DNA of 64,000 nucleotides. Source: Octopus vulgaris (taxonomy: Eukaryota). This document shows positions 39,108-53,271 of this stretch, one piece after another. The stretch lies in NCBI GenBank assembly GCA_951406725.2, contig OX597816.1, positions 47,678,001 to 47,742,000 on the forward strand, in the 5' to 3' direction. The position numbers and the translations under genes were made by a program. Below the pieces are notes generated by a model. That model was not told the origin of the DNA. It saw nothing but the letters and a program-made list of their open reading frames with translations, and did no database searches. Each line of letters opens with the position of its first letter. The first letter of the stretch is position 1.

Positions 39108-39351
39108 TAACCCTGTCAATACCAACCTGGCTGAAACCGCCTCTGGCTCTGTAGTACAAATGTCTTGTTTTCATAGGTATTGATTTAAAATCTTCCACCA
39201 AACCTTAGTCACAGTTTATGTTCTTAACACTAGCTTAATGATAACTAAGTTATTTTATTAAATTCTTTGTTATTTTAAAAATTGTTATATTTAAAATTAA
39301 TTGAAAGAAACACAGAGCATCTCAAAATAAATTCGGTAATGAAAGAGTTAA
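39108..39351. mobile_element. piggyBac-like MITE
   Basis: TTAA-ccctgtcaatacc ... ggtaatgaaagag-TTAA; related copy at 54515-54742. Confidence 0.65.
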
Positions 39352-40599
39352 AGGTGCTGAGACAAAGAGCATAAGATTGCTGATATGGAGCAAAAAAAAA
39401 AACCTTGTTGCAATATTTGTTGTAGTAAGGATCACTTCAGAAAGTCTTGCTCTGAAAAACTAGAAAAAACTAAGGAAACCCTATAATAAATTTATAAGTG
39501 AATATTTTAAGAAATTGTATTGAAGAAATTATTAAAATATCTTGTGTATTGTAAAAGTATAACCAATTTATTATACATAAATTTTAATGACAAAATCTTA
39601 TATGAATCCCCCAAGGGTCATGTGAGCCCTAGTTGCTAACCAATGCTCTAAAGCAGGGGGTCAGGGAACTTTTTTAACCAATTACCCCAAACTATATTTA
39701 TTTATGCTGATGTTATCCCTTTGATTCAAAAGGAAGAAAATCATAGATAACAAGAACATGTTTTTAAATATAATTTTACCTGTCTAACGAATCCTCATTA
39801 CCCTCAAGAATTTCACTTTTACCCAACTGCACTAAAGGCAAAGATAGAAAAATCCTCAGAAATGAAGTTGGCAATAAAAATGAGTAAGGAGGAACAATTT
39901 CTTCATTCAGAAAAATAATAAAGACGCACTTTGAGAAAAATAATGAAGAAAATGAATGGGAGGACAGAAAACTAAGATTCACTGTCCTTAGAAAATTAAA
40001 CAGGCTATTAATTGATAAAATCCTACATCCATGGTGCAAGGGAATTTCTGAAGAAGTAAGACTAACAAAAGCACAGATAGGTTTAGAATTTAGATAATAT
40101 GTAAAAGATAGGTTATTAATAAAAAACCAAATTCAGACATTATGATAAAATTATAATAAAATTATAATAAAAACCAAATTAAGACATTATAATGAGTTAA
40201 AGTAATGAGTTACCCTGAAGCTATTGGTGTTTTTTTTTTCTTCTATCACAACTGACTCCAAAAATGCAAACAAGCATTTTTGGGTACAAAAGAACAAGAT
40301 GCTGAAATTGAACAGCAGCCAAGGTCATGGGATTTGTCAACATGACCTAACCAATAATGTTTAATTTTAATTTTTTTTCTTATCATATCTTGTTTTAATT
40401 ATTATGTGTTTATTATACATTTATATTTTTTTCCATGTAAAAGAAATTGTGCTATGAAAATGTTAATTCATCCGTTCATTTATATTGCATAATTTTTCAC
40501 CTTCTTTCTTCATCTTTGCATAACCTATCCATCTGTATCTCTTTGAGTCCTTGTGACTAATAAAAAAAATATTGTCATTATTAATATTATTATTATTAA

Positions 40600-40669
<70 letters not shown>

Positions 40670-40682
40670 GTTATTATTATTA

Positions 40683-41030
40683 TTACCTCCACCTTAGTAA
40701 AGATGGAGGTATTGTTTTTGCAGTTGTGCTTGTTTGTTTGTCTGTGGACAAGAAATCTCAAGAACTGCTGGATAGATTTGGATGAAACTTTCAGGGATGT
40801 TTGGCCTTGTAGCTGGCATGAACTGATTAGATTTTGGGATCAATCCATCACCAGACCAGGATTCTGGATTATTTGCTTTATTTATTTTAGTTTATAAGAA
40901 GTATTACGATCTTATGTTAACTTTCAAGTCTTTCTCTGATTATCTCCCTTGAAAGCAAACACATGGTTTCCACATAAGTTATGACAGCATTGCTGCTTCC
41001 AAAGTTTTATTTTTGTTTCTCTGTTATTAA
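40683..41030 (+). mobile_element. Helentron/HINE-like non-autonomous element fragment
   Basis: Terminal hairpin tacctccaccttagtaaagatggaggta followed by gtttgtttgtctgt, gatttggatgaaactt, gattagattttggga; right boundary uncertain. Confidence 0.5.
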
Positions 41031-41378
41031 TTTTACTCGCATTTCTATCTTAGTAGAAACTGATGGATAAAGAAATCAAACTACATAAACAAATGGCAGC
41101 AAAACCATTCAGAAATTAAATAACACTAACATATTCAGTAATAAATAAATTTAATTTATTCTTGACAATTTTTAGTTTTATCAATTTTGAATATATCACT
41201 CCTGTTTAAAACCTCTTACCTACTTGACAAATGCATTTCTAGATCTGCTTTGAAGGAAGCTTTACTTCTTGGACTCAAGTTTTTGTGGGCAACTATGTTG
41301 TTAAACCTCCATTAACAGCACCATATGTAGGTGCTTTCCATTTTTTTCACACACAGATAAAATTTTCACTATTAGTTC

Positions 41379-41447
<69 letters not shown>

Positions 41448-41740
41448 TTACAAAGCTTCTAATGTTGGAGATATATTACAGTGTCAGCTATGGTAACACC
41501 CCTTATTTTTTTAGCACCATCTGGAATATTCAAACAGTTCCAAGCAGTGCTGCCTTCTGCAAGTACTCCACCCTTATTGCAGCCCCTGTTTGTTCCATGT
41601 ACTTCTCAGGATTTTTACTCACTGTTCCTAGGGCTCTGACAATTATTGGTACTACTACCACCTTTTTTCAGCAACTACAACTGCTTAACCTCCCAAGCTA
41701 TCCTCTTATATCTATCAACTTTTCTTACTTCCTTGTTGCA
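41448..41740 (-). mobile_element. R4/Dong-like LINE 3' end inside (TAA)n
   Basis: KVVVVPIIVRALGTVSKN..YLQKAALLGTV; (TTA)n on both flanks. Confidence 0.75.
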
Positions 41741-41755
41741 TATTATTATTATTAT

Positions 41756-42168
41756 TCTCTTTTCTTTTACTCTTTTACTTGTTTCAGTCATTTGACTTGC
41801 AGCCATGCTGGAGCACCACCTTTAGTCGAGCAAATTGACCCCGGGACTTATTCTTTGTAAGCCCAGTACTTATTCTATCGGTCTCTTTTGCCAAACCGCT
41901 AAGTGACGGGGACGTAAACACACCAGCATCGATTGTCAAGCAATGCTAGGGGGACAAACACAGACACACAAACACATACACACATATATATATATACATA
42001 TATACGACAGGCTTCTTTCAGTTTCCGTCTACCAAATCCACTCACAAGGCATTGGTCAGCCCGAGGCTATAGCAGAAGACACTTGCCCAAAATGCCACGC
42101 AGAGGGACTGAACCCAGAACCATGTGGTTGATTAGCAAGCTACTTACCACATAGCCACTCCTGCACCT
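41756..42168 (-). mobile_element. SINE family B, full length
   Basis: Collinear with 12850-13258. Confidence 0.88.
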
Positions 42169-42184
42169 GTTATTATTATTATTA

Positions 42185-42302
<118 letters not shown>

Positions 42303-43495
42303 GGTGATGAGCCAACAGAATTGTTAGCACACTGGGAAAAATGCCCAGCAGCATATTGTTCATCTATATGTTCTTAGTTCATGCTTTGCTGAGTACTGGA
42401 GTGAATGTAATTGACTTAATCCCTCACCCAAAATTGCTGGCCTTGAGTCAAAATTTGAAACCATTATTACTATTATTATTTTTATTGAGGTAAGTGCTCT
42501 CTCCCAGTGAATTTGTCAGAGAGCGTGCAACTGCAGCAAAAATAGTTAAGCTGAATGTATGCACAGTTAGCATGATGTATCTGCAGATGAGAGAGCAACA
42601 GTTAGGCCAGAACTTGTGTCCTTGATGGTCAGGGTAATCTTTAAACAGTGGGGTTTCCTGATCAGTCCTAGCTGGAGGCACACCTCTATCAGGATAATTG
42701 CATCATGTTTTGTATAGCATGTACACTTTTATCTCATTCCCCACCTCCCGTCCCCTTCTTCTCCTCATCTTTGATATAAACCCTCACACAAATCGTAAAC
42801 TGTCCTTGTAATGTCTCCCTCATCAGACACCCCTGTGGAAAATTAAAAAAACATTTTTTAATCATTATCATTATTGTATTGGAAAGTCAGAGTAACTGTT
42901 TATTAAATACATGTACCACTGGCTTTATTCCGTTAACCAATTTGCAGAGTTAATAGCTTCAAAAGTCTTTTACAGCTTACACATACATACTCTTGTGTTA
43001 ACTTAATAATCTTCTCTACTTTATCTGTCTGAACCCAGTAAATGATCATTCATATAGCTATCATCCATGGTCCTGCATTGATTCTTTAGATTGATTATGT
43101 GTCTGGCATCACATATAGCACTAATTCTTGTTCCCTCTCATATTTCCTTTCTCTCATAAACTTTCAGATTCATAACTAACGAAAAAGAAACAAAAAAAAA
43201 AAGAAAAAAAAATTAATTAAGTTTTCATTTGATATCAAAGTCATTTTTATCTAAGCAGACTGTTTATTTTTTTCTTTTTCATTTTCTTTCTTTTTTATTT
43301 TATTTCTGAGACTCATTTATTAATTGTATTTCTCTATATCCTTCTTTACTGAACTCTTTCTTTCTCTCTTTCTCTGTCTGTCTGTCTGTTTGCCTGTCTC
43401 TCTGTCCATCATTTCTCTACAATTTATTTGATGTATCTTTCAACCAATTATTGTTGTTTTATATTTGCTTGTTTCTCTGTGTTTCTTTCTTTCAT

Positions 43496-43547
<52 letters not shown>

Positions 43548-43845
43548 TGAATTCATTTATTTATTTTCTTTAATACCGAAGTGACATGTTTACTCTGTTT
43601 TATCACCTACGACCTCCAAAAACTGATTGATGGTCCACAATGTATGTACAGATTATACTTTAGATGATTTCAAGGTATTTAAGTCAGCCACTGAAGCACA
43701 CAGCACTTATTAGATTAGATTAAGATAGTTCTTTTTTTTTAATAAAAGAAGTATTAGCATTGGTAGAAAGAAACAATTTTCTTATAAGCATTATTATACA
43801 CAATATTTCTTCTGCTTCTTTTAAATTAGTTTTGCAGCTGAGTTT

Positions 43846-43888
<43 letters not shown>

Positions 43889-43941
43889 CACACACACACA
43901 CATATTTATTTTTTATTGAGTTTTAAAATATCTCTCTATAT

Positions 43942-44076
43942 AGGTGTAAGAGTGGCTGTGTGGTAAGTAGCTTGCTTACAAACCACAAGGTTCCGGGTTC
44001 AGTCTCACTGCATGGCACCTCGGGCCAACCAAAGCCTTGTGAGTGGATCTGGTAGACAGAAACTGAAAGAAGCCTG

Positions 44077-44122
<46 letters not shown>

Positions 44123-44305
44123 ATGTTTGTGTGTCTGTGTTTGTCCCTCCAACATTGCTTGGCAAATGACGCTGGTATGTTTACGTCCCCGTAAGTACCA
44201 GGCTTACAAAGAATAAGTCCTTGGGTCATTTTGCTCGACTAAAGGCGGTGCTCCAGCATGGCCACAGTCAAATGACTGAAATAAGTAAAAGAGTAAAATA
44301 GTAAA
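43942..44305 (+). mobile_element. SINE family B with internal deletions
   Basis: gagtggctgtgtggtaagtagcttgc head; gactgaaataagtaaaagag tail. Confidence 0.85.
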
Positions 44306-45072
44306 TAAGTGATGCACCTGATATTTATAACCATACCTCCTTGGTCCTCCAGGGCCACAAACCACTGTACTAGCTGATCTGCATATATATGCTTTTGACA
44401 GTGTCCTTTCAAATGAACTCATAATGGTGGCTCTATAAAAAGGAGATGCACTGGTTTTTGGTTGTTCTTGTCATTTAACCTTTATCCCTATTATCAGCTC
44501 TGAAACAGCAGATGTATAACCGATCATTATACTTCGTCTTAAATTCCTAGGATGTCAACCCTCTGAAATTCTCCCCCTGTTTATGTCATTATTGCAGGCA
44601 TTCATTTACAAAGCTTCAACAGGAATATTTATGGCATTATTTAGCTCCACTTAAATGTGGATGTTCTGTTTGAACAAACTTTACTGCTGTAGATACCAAG
44701 AGAGAAACTCTTCATATTGGGTTCTTTGTGTGAAATGCACTCTTAGTTATATTGCTAGTGAGGAGATACATCCCTGCCACCTCCAACGCCAAGACCACTA
44801 GATCATGTGATTTCGACCTTCCTTGGTTTCATCAATGATAGGTGCTCGACCATTACAGATAACGGTGACTAATCTCTCCCACCAGGGATATATAGTAAAG
44901 CAGTGCCAGAACAGGAACTGGCATTGTGATTGGCCACTGAGCTCATTAAAAAATATATATGTTAGTGACAGAGGCAATAGTAATACAGAAAGGTAATGTT
45001 TATCCCTGCTTAAATGTGGATGTTCTGTTAGAACAAACTATACTGTGGTAGTTACCATGAGAGAAATTCTCA

Positions 45073-45312
45073 AATTGGTTAGGCGGTGAGTTGGCAGAAA
45101 CATTAGCAGGCCAGGTGAAATGCTTAGTGGTATTTCATCTGCTGCTACGTTCTGAGTTCAAATTCTGCCGAGGTCGACTTTGCCTTTCATCCTTTCAGGG
45201 TCGATTAAATATGTACCAGTTACACGCTGGGGTCGATATAATCGACTTAATCCATTTGTCTGTCGTTGTTTATCTCCTCTGTGTGTAACCCCTTGTAGGC
45301 AGTAAAGAAATA
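45073..45312 (+). mobile_element. SINE family A with 11-bp TSD
   Basis: agaaattctca at 45062-45072 and 45313-45323; collinear with 1117-1350. Confidence 0.85.
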
Positions 45313-45349
45313 AGAAATTCTCATAGAGGAATTTTGGTGCAAAATGCAA

Positions 45350-45840
45350 ATTTTTTTATTACCCACAAGGGGCTATACAAAGAATGGGACAAATACAAAA
45401 CGTGACAAACATAAACTCCAGGAACTTGAAAATACAAAAAGACAATGAAATAAGAAGAAAAAATTAAAAGAAACAATTGAAAATATGAAAGTGTATAAAT
45501 GAGGTGCAATACCCACTCGACCCCCGAAGTCGAGTGGTTACATTTCAACAGTTTTTCTCTTTTCACAAAATGAATTTCTATTTCAATAGTCTTTTTTTTT
45601 TCACAAAATTACATTAGAATTTTTCTTCTCAGTTTTTCGATATCGATTACAGGAGGTGGAATCTCATGCAACAAACACCATTTCACCATTTTTACATATT
45701 TAGCAAATCCATCCATGAATCTTTCATACTTCTCCCTGGATATCAAAATACCTCTCTCATCTGTATCAAAAATGTTTCCTGGTAGTTTCACTCTCACCTG
45801 TCTCTTCACTTTCACAATTTTTCTTTCCGCATCCACACTT
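45350..45840 (-). mobile_element. LINE-like 3' end sharing its tail with SINE family A
   Basis: Minus strand ends tttgtcccattctttgtatagccccttgtgggtaataaaaaaa; short upstream ORF 45609-45836 of unrecognised identity. Confidence 0.5.
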
Positions 45841-47817
45841 TATTCATATTGTTATAAAGGCACTCTCATATTTATATAGTTCCTTTTCTGTTTCCTCCTC
45901 TCTCTCTTGCATATTTTAGTGCAAAATGCACTCTTGTTTATAAAGGCCCATTATCTCTGGTGACAAGACCACAATATCACGTGATTTCAACCTTCCTTCA
46001 TCTTGTTATTGATGGATGCTTGACCACTATAGATAGCAGCGACTCATCTTCCTGCCAGTGATAGCATGGAAGAAAATCCTGTACTGGATTTTTGGTGCAA
46101 AATGATGCACTCTCATTTATATCGCTAGCAGGGAGATAAGCAGGCCCTGGGCTCGACCCTCTTCCCCAAACCAAGCAAATAAAAAAAAACAAAACAACAA
46201 AAAATAAAAAGTAAAGTTCATAAGAAGTTAGATAAAAGTATTATACAGTAGGAGAACCAACTACCAGTAGCTTATAGACTCTAAGTATAACTGTATTCGT
46301 CTAAAAATTAAGTTTACAATTGTAAAGATATTACTGTGATTGACAGCTGAAATACAAGCACATTATATAAATTTAAACTTATGCAATAGTTATTTTTCTC
46401 TAACTTTCAGCAGCAACTTAAAATTATTGTCTGTTTATGAATTTGAAATTGTTTGTTTATGAATTTGAAATTGATAGAATTTTCTTATGTAAATATGAGA
46501 TGTTTTAAATTTCCTGAAGTTAAAACACTTCTAAATAAATTCAATATAATACCATTGGTTAACCATTTTTGAAAATTGTCTTAAATTTTAATGTAAAATT
46601 CAAGACCACAGTGAGAAAGGAAGAATACATACACAAGGGAATAGTATATAACACACACACATGCACATGCACACAAACACACACACACATGCACACACAC
46701 AAACACACACACACGCACACACACAAAACATGCATCTATCTATCTATTTATATATCTATCTATCTACTTGTTTATCTGTCCATTTGTCCAACCATTCCTT
46801 CATCCATCTGTCTGTTTATTTATCCATCTGTCCATCGATCCATCAATTCATTGATCTATCTATTCATCCATTTGCCCATCCATCTGCCTGTCTGTTCAGT
46901 CATCCACTGGTTTGTCTGTCCATCTGCCTGTCTGTCTATCTGTCCATCCGTCCGTCCGACTGTCTGTCCGCTTGCCCGCCTGCTTGCCTGCTTGCCTGCC
47001 TGTTTGCCTGCTGGTCCGTCTGTCCGCCTGTCTGTCTGTCTGTCTGCCTATCTATCTTTCTATCTATCTATCTATATCTATATCTATATCTCTCTCTCTA
47101 TATATAAAAATATAAAATATCAGTTAGTTGCAGATTATCACAGAATGGTTTTTCTTTCTGAGATGTCTCTCCAGGATGGATTGTCTTCACAACTGTGGAG
47201 GTATGTGGTTTATCGGTTAGGGTGTTGGACTCTTGATTGTAAAATTATGGTTTTGATTCCTGGACCGGGTGACGCATTGTGTTCTTGAGCAAAACCCTTC
47301 ATTTCACATTGCTCCAGTCCACTCAGCTGGCAACAAACGAGTAACTCTGCAATGGACCAGTGCCCCATCCAGGTGGAAAATATATACACCTGCCTCTATC
47401 TCTCTACCTCTTTGTCATACTCTAACTTTTCATTCTCTGACGCAAGTTCCCCTCCTCAAATTCCCCTGCTCCTCTCATAATTCTTTGTCTTGTGAGTTAC
47501 TCTGTTACCCTGCCAGTGCTGGTACCACATTAAAAGCATCCAGTCCATACTGTAACGTGGTTGGTGTTTGGAAGGGCATCCAACTGTAAAAATCATGCCA
47601 AAACTAACCTCACTTGTACTAGTGTCACATAAAAAAGCTCTGAGTCTACTCTGCAGAGTGATTGGTGTTAGGAAGGGCATCCATCTGTAAAATCCCTGCC
47701 AAAACAGACACAGTAGCTTAGGGTAGTTTTTCTACCTGGCTGGCTCCCGTCAACTATCCTACCCATGCACACGTGCTTGGAAGATGGACATTAAACAATG
47801 ATGATGATGATGATATC

Positions 47818-48155
47818 TGAGACCCCCTTTGGTCATGACACAGACCACGGGATTGTACCTAGAAAGTTACCCTCCTAGGCACAAGTCCGGGCAAGGTTGT
47901 TTATGGAAAACCAGCAGTTACCCATGCACACTGGCCTCCCCTCTCCATGCCACCAGTGTTAGCCAAGGGAAAGGCAAAGACCGATACAGCTTGGCACCTG
48001 TGACGTCGCAACTCATTTCTACAGCTGAGTGAACTGGAGCAATGAGAAATAAAGTGTCTTGCTCAAGAACACAACATGCAGCCCAGTCTGGGATTCGAGC
48101 TCACAATCTCATGATCGTAAGCTCAACGCTCTAACCACTGAGTCATGTGCCTTCA
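47818..48155 (-). mobile_element. tRNA-derived SINE family C, full length (other copies 47196-47388 +, 51680-51912 -, 52325-52470 +, 52815-53057 -)
   Basis: Head tgactcagtggttagagcg..gctcgaatccc; gttcttgagcaagacacttt and ttgctccagttcactcagctg blocks. Confidence 0.8.
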
Positions 48156-48165
48156 CTGATGATGA

Positions 48166-48200
<35 letters not shown>

Positions 48201-48249
48201 CATATATATATACATATATATATATACATATATATGTATGTATATGTAT

Positions 48250-49680
48250 AAGTAGGAGGCAGACAAACCACAAATCCCTTCAGGTAGATGGCTGTGCTTG
48301 ATCTGTAGAAAAGGCATAGGTAGAAACTCCATAAGATGTACCCAGTGTAAGCTATGGACACATAAGAGGTGCAACAATATCAAAGGAAGGCTAACTGGGA
48401 AAATAGTTTTTGTGTATGGTATATGCTCCGGTGCTATAAACACAGAAAATGTGAAGAGAATAGCTTCTGTCACATCCCAGGGAGAAAAACTAGAAGTAGT
48501 TGATAGCTTTCATTACCTAGGGGGCCAATTCAGTAGCAGGGGTGGATGCTCTGAAAGTGTAATTGCTAGAATAAGAATAGCCTGGGCAAAGTTCAGAGAG
48601 CTCCTACCTCTGCTGGTGACAAAGGGACTCTCGCTCAGACGAAAAGGTAGACTGTATGACGCATGTGTGTGAACAGCCATGCTACATGGCAGTGAAACAT
48701 GGGTGATAACTGCTGAGGACATGCATAAGCTTGCAAGGAATGAAGCCAGTATGCTCTACTAGATGTATAATGTCAGTGTGCATACACAACAGAGTGTAAG
48801 TGCCCTGAGAGAAAAATTGGATTTAAGAAGCATCAGATGTGGTGTGCAAAAGAGATGACTGTGCTGGTATGGTCATGTGTTGTGAATGAATGAGGACAGC
48901 TGTGTGAAAAAGTGTCACACCCTAGAAGTTGAGGAAACCTGTAGAAGAGGTAGACCCAAGAAATCTTGGGATGAGGTGGTGAAGCACGACCTTCGAAAAT
49001 TGGGCCTTACTGAGGCAATGACTAGTGACTGGGACCTTTGGAGATATGCTGTGATTGAGAAGACCAGACAAGCCAAGTGAAACCATAAAGCCCATGGCCT
49101 ATGCCAGTGGTTGTAACCAGCCCATTTATAAATACCCCTCATTCATTGGACCATAAACCTTGCTTGTGAAGACCTATTGAGGCAAGTGTAAACAAATCAA
49201 AATCGCTGACATGGCCGATGACAGTACGGCCGATGACAGTTCCACTAGTGCCAGTGGAACGTTAAAAGAAGCATATCCGAGTGTGATCAGCTCCTGTGCC
49301 ACTGACATGTGAAAAGCACTATTCAAGTGTGATTATTGCCAGCTGCGCCTTACCAGCACATGTGCCGATGGCACATGCAAAACATCATTTGGGCAACATT
49401 CGAGTGTGCTGCCACACTGGCTCCGGTGCAGGTAGCATGTAAAAACACCTTTTGAGCATGGTTGTTGCCTGCCCGACTGGCTCTCATGCTGGTGGCATAT
49501 AAAAAGCACCCACTACACTCTCGAAGTGGTTGGCATTAGGAAGGGCATCCAGCTGTAGAAACTTTGCCAGATCAGATTGGAACCTGGTGCAGCCTCTGGC
49601 TCACCAGTCCTCAGTCAAACCGTCCAACCCATGCCAGCATGGAAAGCGGACGTTAAACGATGATGATGATGATGCTGATG
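48250..49680 (+). mobile_element. 5'-truncated RTE LINE: PHD-like finger, RT C-terminus, tandem-unit 3' UTR and (GAT)n tail
   Basis: CLIC..CTQC..HKRC; LEVVDSFHYLG; RIRIAWAKFREL; MLHGSETW; RGRPKKSWDEVVKHDL. Confidence 0.9.
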
Positions 49681-50125
49681 ATGTATGTATGTATGTATTT
49701 ATGCATGTATGTATAAATGCACATGTATAAACATGCACACACATTCATGTATTTATGTAAATATAACTGGTGTTCATGTGAGTATGTGTTATATACATGT
49801 GTCTGTGCATGCACACACACACACACACGCATGCATGCACACATGCACACATACACACATGCACACCAGTTAACCTTCTTTTACTGATGTTACTAATATG
49901 ATAATATGCTCTTTTAACATTTTCTATCACTACTATTATATATCCGTTCATCCAAAACATTATAGCTGCACTCTGACCCACAACTAAAATGTTTTTCTCT
50001 ATTACATCTATACAAGAATATCTATTTATTTCTTGCTCTAAAATAATTGTTGAAGTTAAAATTCTAAAGAGAAAGGGCATCAGGGTCAAACAGAAGAATT
50101 CAGCTTCGTTACAGCCATAACCGTG

Positions 50126-50179
<54 letters not shown>

Positions 50180-50190
50180 TATATAGATAT

Positions 50191-50404
50191 ACTCTTTACT
50201 CTTTCACTTCTTTCAGTCATTTGACTGTGGCCATGCTGAAGCACCACTTTTAGTCGAGCAAATTGCCCCCAGGACTTATTCTTTGTAAGCCTAGTACTTA
50301 TTCTATTGCTCTCTTTTGCCGAACCGCTAAGTTTAGGGGACGTATACACCAGCATTGGTTGTCAAGTGATGTTGGTGGGGACAAACACAGACACACAAAC
50401 ATAT

Positions 50405-50462
<58 letters not shown>

Positions 50463-50624
50463 GATGGGTTTCTTTCAGTTTCCATCTACCAAATTCATTC
50501 AAGGCTTTGGTAAGCCCCGAGGCTTTAGTAGAAGACACTTGCCCAAGGTACCATGCAGTGGGACTAAACCCGGAACCATGTGGTTGGTAAGCAGGCTACT
50601 TACCACACAGCCACTCCTACGCCT
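50191..50624 (-). mobile_element. SINE family B, full length (older diverged copy follows at 50665-51233)
   Basis: Collinear with 12850-13258. Confidence 0.85.
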
Positions 50625-50909
50625 ATATATATATATATATATATATAGTCAGAGCTTGGAATCTCTTTTATCTTTTTTGCTTGTTTCATTCATTGAACTG
50701 TGGCCCATACTGGGGCACTGCCTTGAAAGGTTTAACTGAAGAAAAAAAAATGTTGACTCCAGTGCACATTCTGAAGTTCTGAAATCTGCTACTTATTCTA
50801 TTGGTCTCGTTTCTTGAGTTGCTAAGTTATGGGGACATGAACTAGCAAACAATTGTTATCAAGCAGTGGTGAGAAACAAACACAAACACAATGATACACA
50901 CAGGCATGT

Positions 50910-50943
<34 letters not shown>

Positions 50944-53271
50944 ATATATGTGTGTATGAGTGAGCATATATCTATGTGCATACATTTGCATATGGTCTTG
51001 CAAAATGAACACACACACATACATACCCAATGCAAACAATCATTAGAAGTATTACTTAAAAGTTTATGACAGGCTTGGACATCTACACATTTTGCATCTA
51101 TCAAATTCGCTCAGATGTTGGTTGAGCTAGGGCCAAAGTAGAAGGCAATTTCCCTATATACTACATAGTAGGACTGAACCCCAAACCGCATGGTTGCTAA
51201 GCAAGCTTCTTAACCACACAGCCATGCCTGCATCTATAATAATCTCATGAGTATAAAATAGAAAAAGGTGTATAACATACATAAGTATGGGGTGCAAACC
51301 AAGGTTCAAAGTTTTTGTTACGAATAAGGTTGATTTTTACAATCTTAATATCAAAACAAAAACAGGTATTGTAATGATTATTATTGTTATATTTGTACAT
51401 CAATCAAATCAGATAAATCAAATTATGGAAAAATAATGTTTCAAATCAGTCCAAAAATATTCCTACACTCATTAATTTTGGTGATGAAGTTTTTCAGAAA
51501 GATGTTCAAATCATTTTCATTGCCTCACAAAAACTTTAGTGGGTGTGCTTACTCTCCCTGCATGCCCTGTTCCCAAGCCTGTGATAACACGTTAGAGCTG
51601 TTGTTTTTAACTATTATTTTCTGGCATATTTGTGTGCCTCGTATGTTATACAGGTAAGTATGTAAGGTAAATTACCTACTCGAGTCATGTCAACCCATAA
51701 GGGCTGTTTTCCTGGTTTAATGGCGCATAAATTCCCCACCTGAATGGGCCACTGGTCTATTGCAGAATCACTCTTTTTTGCCAGCTGAGTGGACTAGAGC
51801 AATGTGAAATTAAGTGTTTTTCTCAAGAACACAATGTGTTGTTTGGTTCAGGAATCAAAACCACAATCTTACAATCTTGAGCCCAACACCCTAACCACTA
51901 AGCCCGTGACCCCACTGTTGTACAGGTTGTGAATCATGTTTTTGTTTTGGGTTGGAAAATGCCAGAATATTTGGCAAACATTAGTAGATTTCATGAATTT
52001 CACCCATACATGTTTACCATGTGTATCTCCGTTTTTAGACTAGATACACCACATGTTTGCATGTCATAAGTAATGACTACATGGGTTGGCAAAAAGGATC
52101 TCCAGCCACAAAATGTTGCCTCAGAAAAAACTATCCAATTCCATCACAGAATGGAAAAACGGATATAAAATTCTGCTGCTGTTGTTGCTGAGGTATGACA
52201 CTAGTGCATGCATTTTTCTTTGCAGAAAAACGCTATGCATGCACAATTTCCAATATTTTCTTTCCATATAAGAAAATTCTAAAAAGCTGATGGCATGCTG
52301 CAACACTTTTAGCAGCTTATTCTGTGTGAAGGTGTGTGGCTGACTAGTTAGCATGTTTAGCTTGTGATCATAAAGTTCTCGGTTCTCTTCCTGGACTGGG
52401 CAGTGTGTTGTGTTCTTGAGCAAGGCACTTCATTTCACATTGCTCCAGTTTACTCAGCTGTAAATTAATACCAGCTGAATGCTGATGTAGTTGTCTGTCT
52501 GCCTGTCTGCCTCTCTTTCTCACTCTCTTTCCGTTCCACTGTGACATCCTGGATGTACTTCCGGATTAAGATGGAAGAAGTGGCCTAGAGAGTACTTATG
52601 TCTACTTGCAGTTGCTCCTAATACAATAAAGAGATAGCTAGCAGTACTTTGTACTCGTTCAGTGTAGTGTGGATCAAAACAGAAAGAGGTTTTTAAAAAA
52701 AATCACTGCTTCCCCCTCCTTCTCCTCCTCCTCCCTCCCTCCCTCCCTCCCTCCCTCACCTCCTCTTCATCCCCTCATCCCTTCCTCAACTCCCCCTCCC
52801 CCTCCTAAGTTTCCTTTTCAAGTCATACTGACTCATAAGGGCCAGTTTCCTGGTTTTCGTGGCATATATCTTTCCCACCTTGATGGGACGCCAGTCCGTC
52901 ACAGGATTACTCATTTTTGCTGCCTGTTGAGTGGACTGGAGCAACATGAAATGAAGTGTTTTGCTCAAGCGCCCAACGGGTCACCCAGTCCAGGAATTGA
53001 AACCACAATCTTATGATCAGGAGTCAAACACCCTAAGAGTTAAGTCACACACCTCCATTATTTTCAGAGTAACAATTTAGGGTAGATGTGAAAGGCTAGA
53101 TCTGGCCAGTGTGAATATAAAATGGGTAAAATATTTGGGTCAGCTATTGCCATCTCGAATGGCTCATGCTCAGTTGGTGTCTCTTTATCCAGTCTCTGGG
53201 GTTTCTCTATATTCAATGCTCATGCTCCACACCCTGGCACCATTACGCTTCTTTCTCATGATTTGTACATT

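Noticed and set aside
37940-40330. Coding-looking A-rich stretches
   Set aside because: Frequent stops and no motif I can recognise; probably an old transposon, left unassigned
46569-47288. 239-aa ORF, the longest in the track
   Set aside because: Runs through (CA)n and degenerate (TCTA/TCCA/TCTG)n tracts into a SINE head; no domain signal
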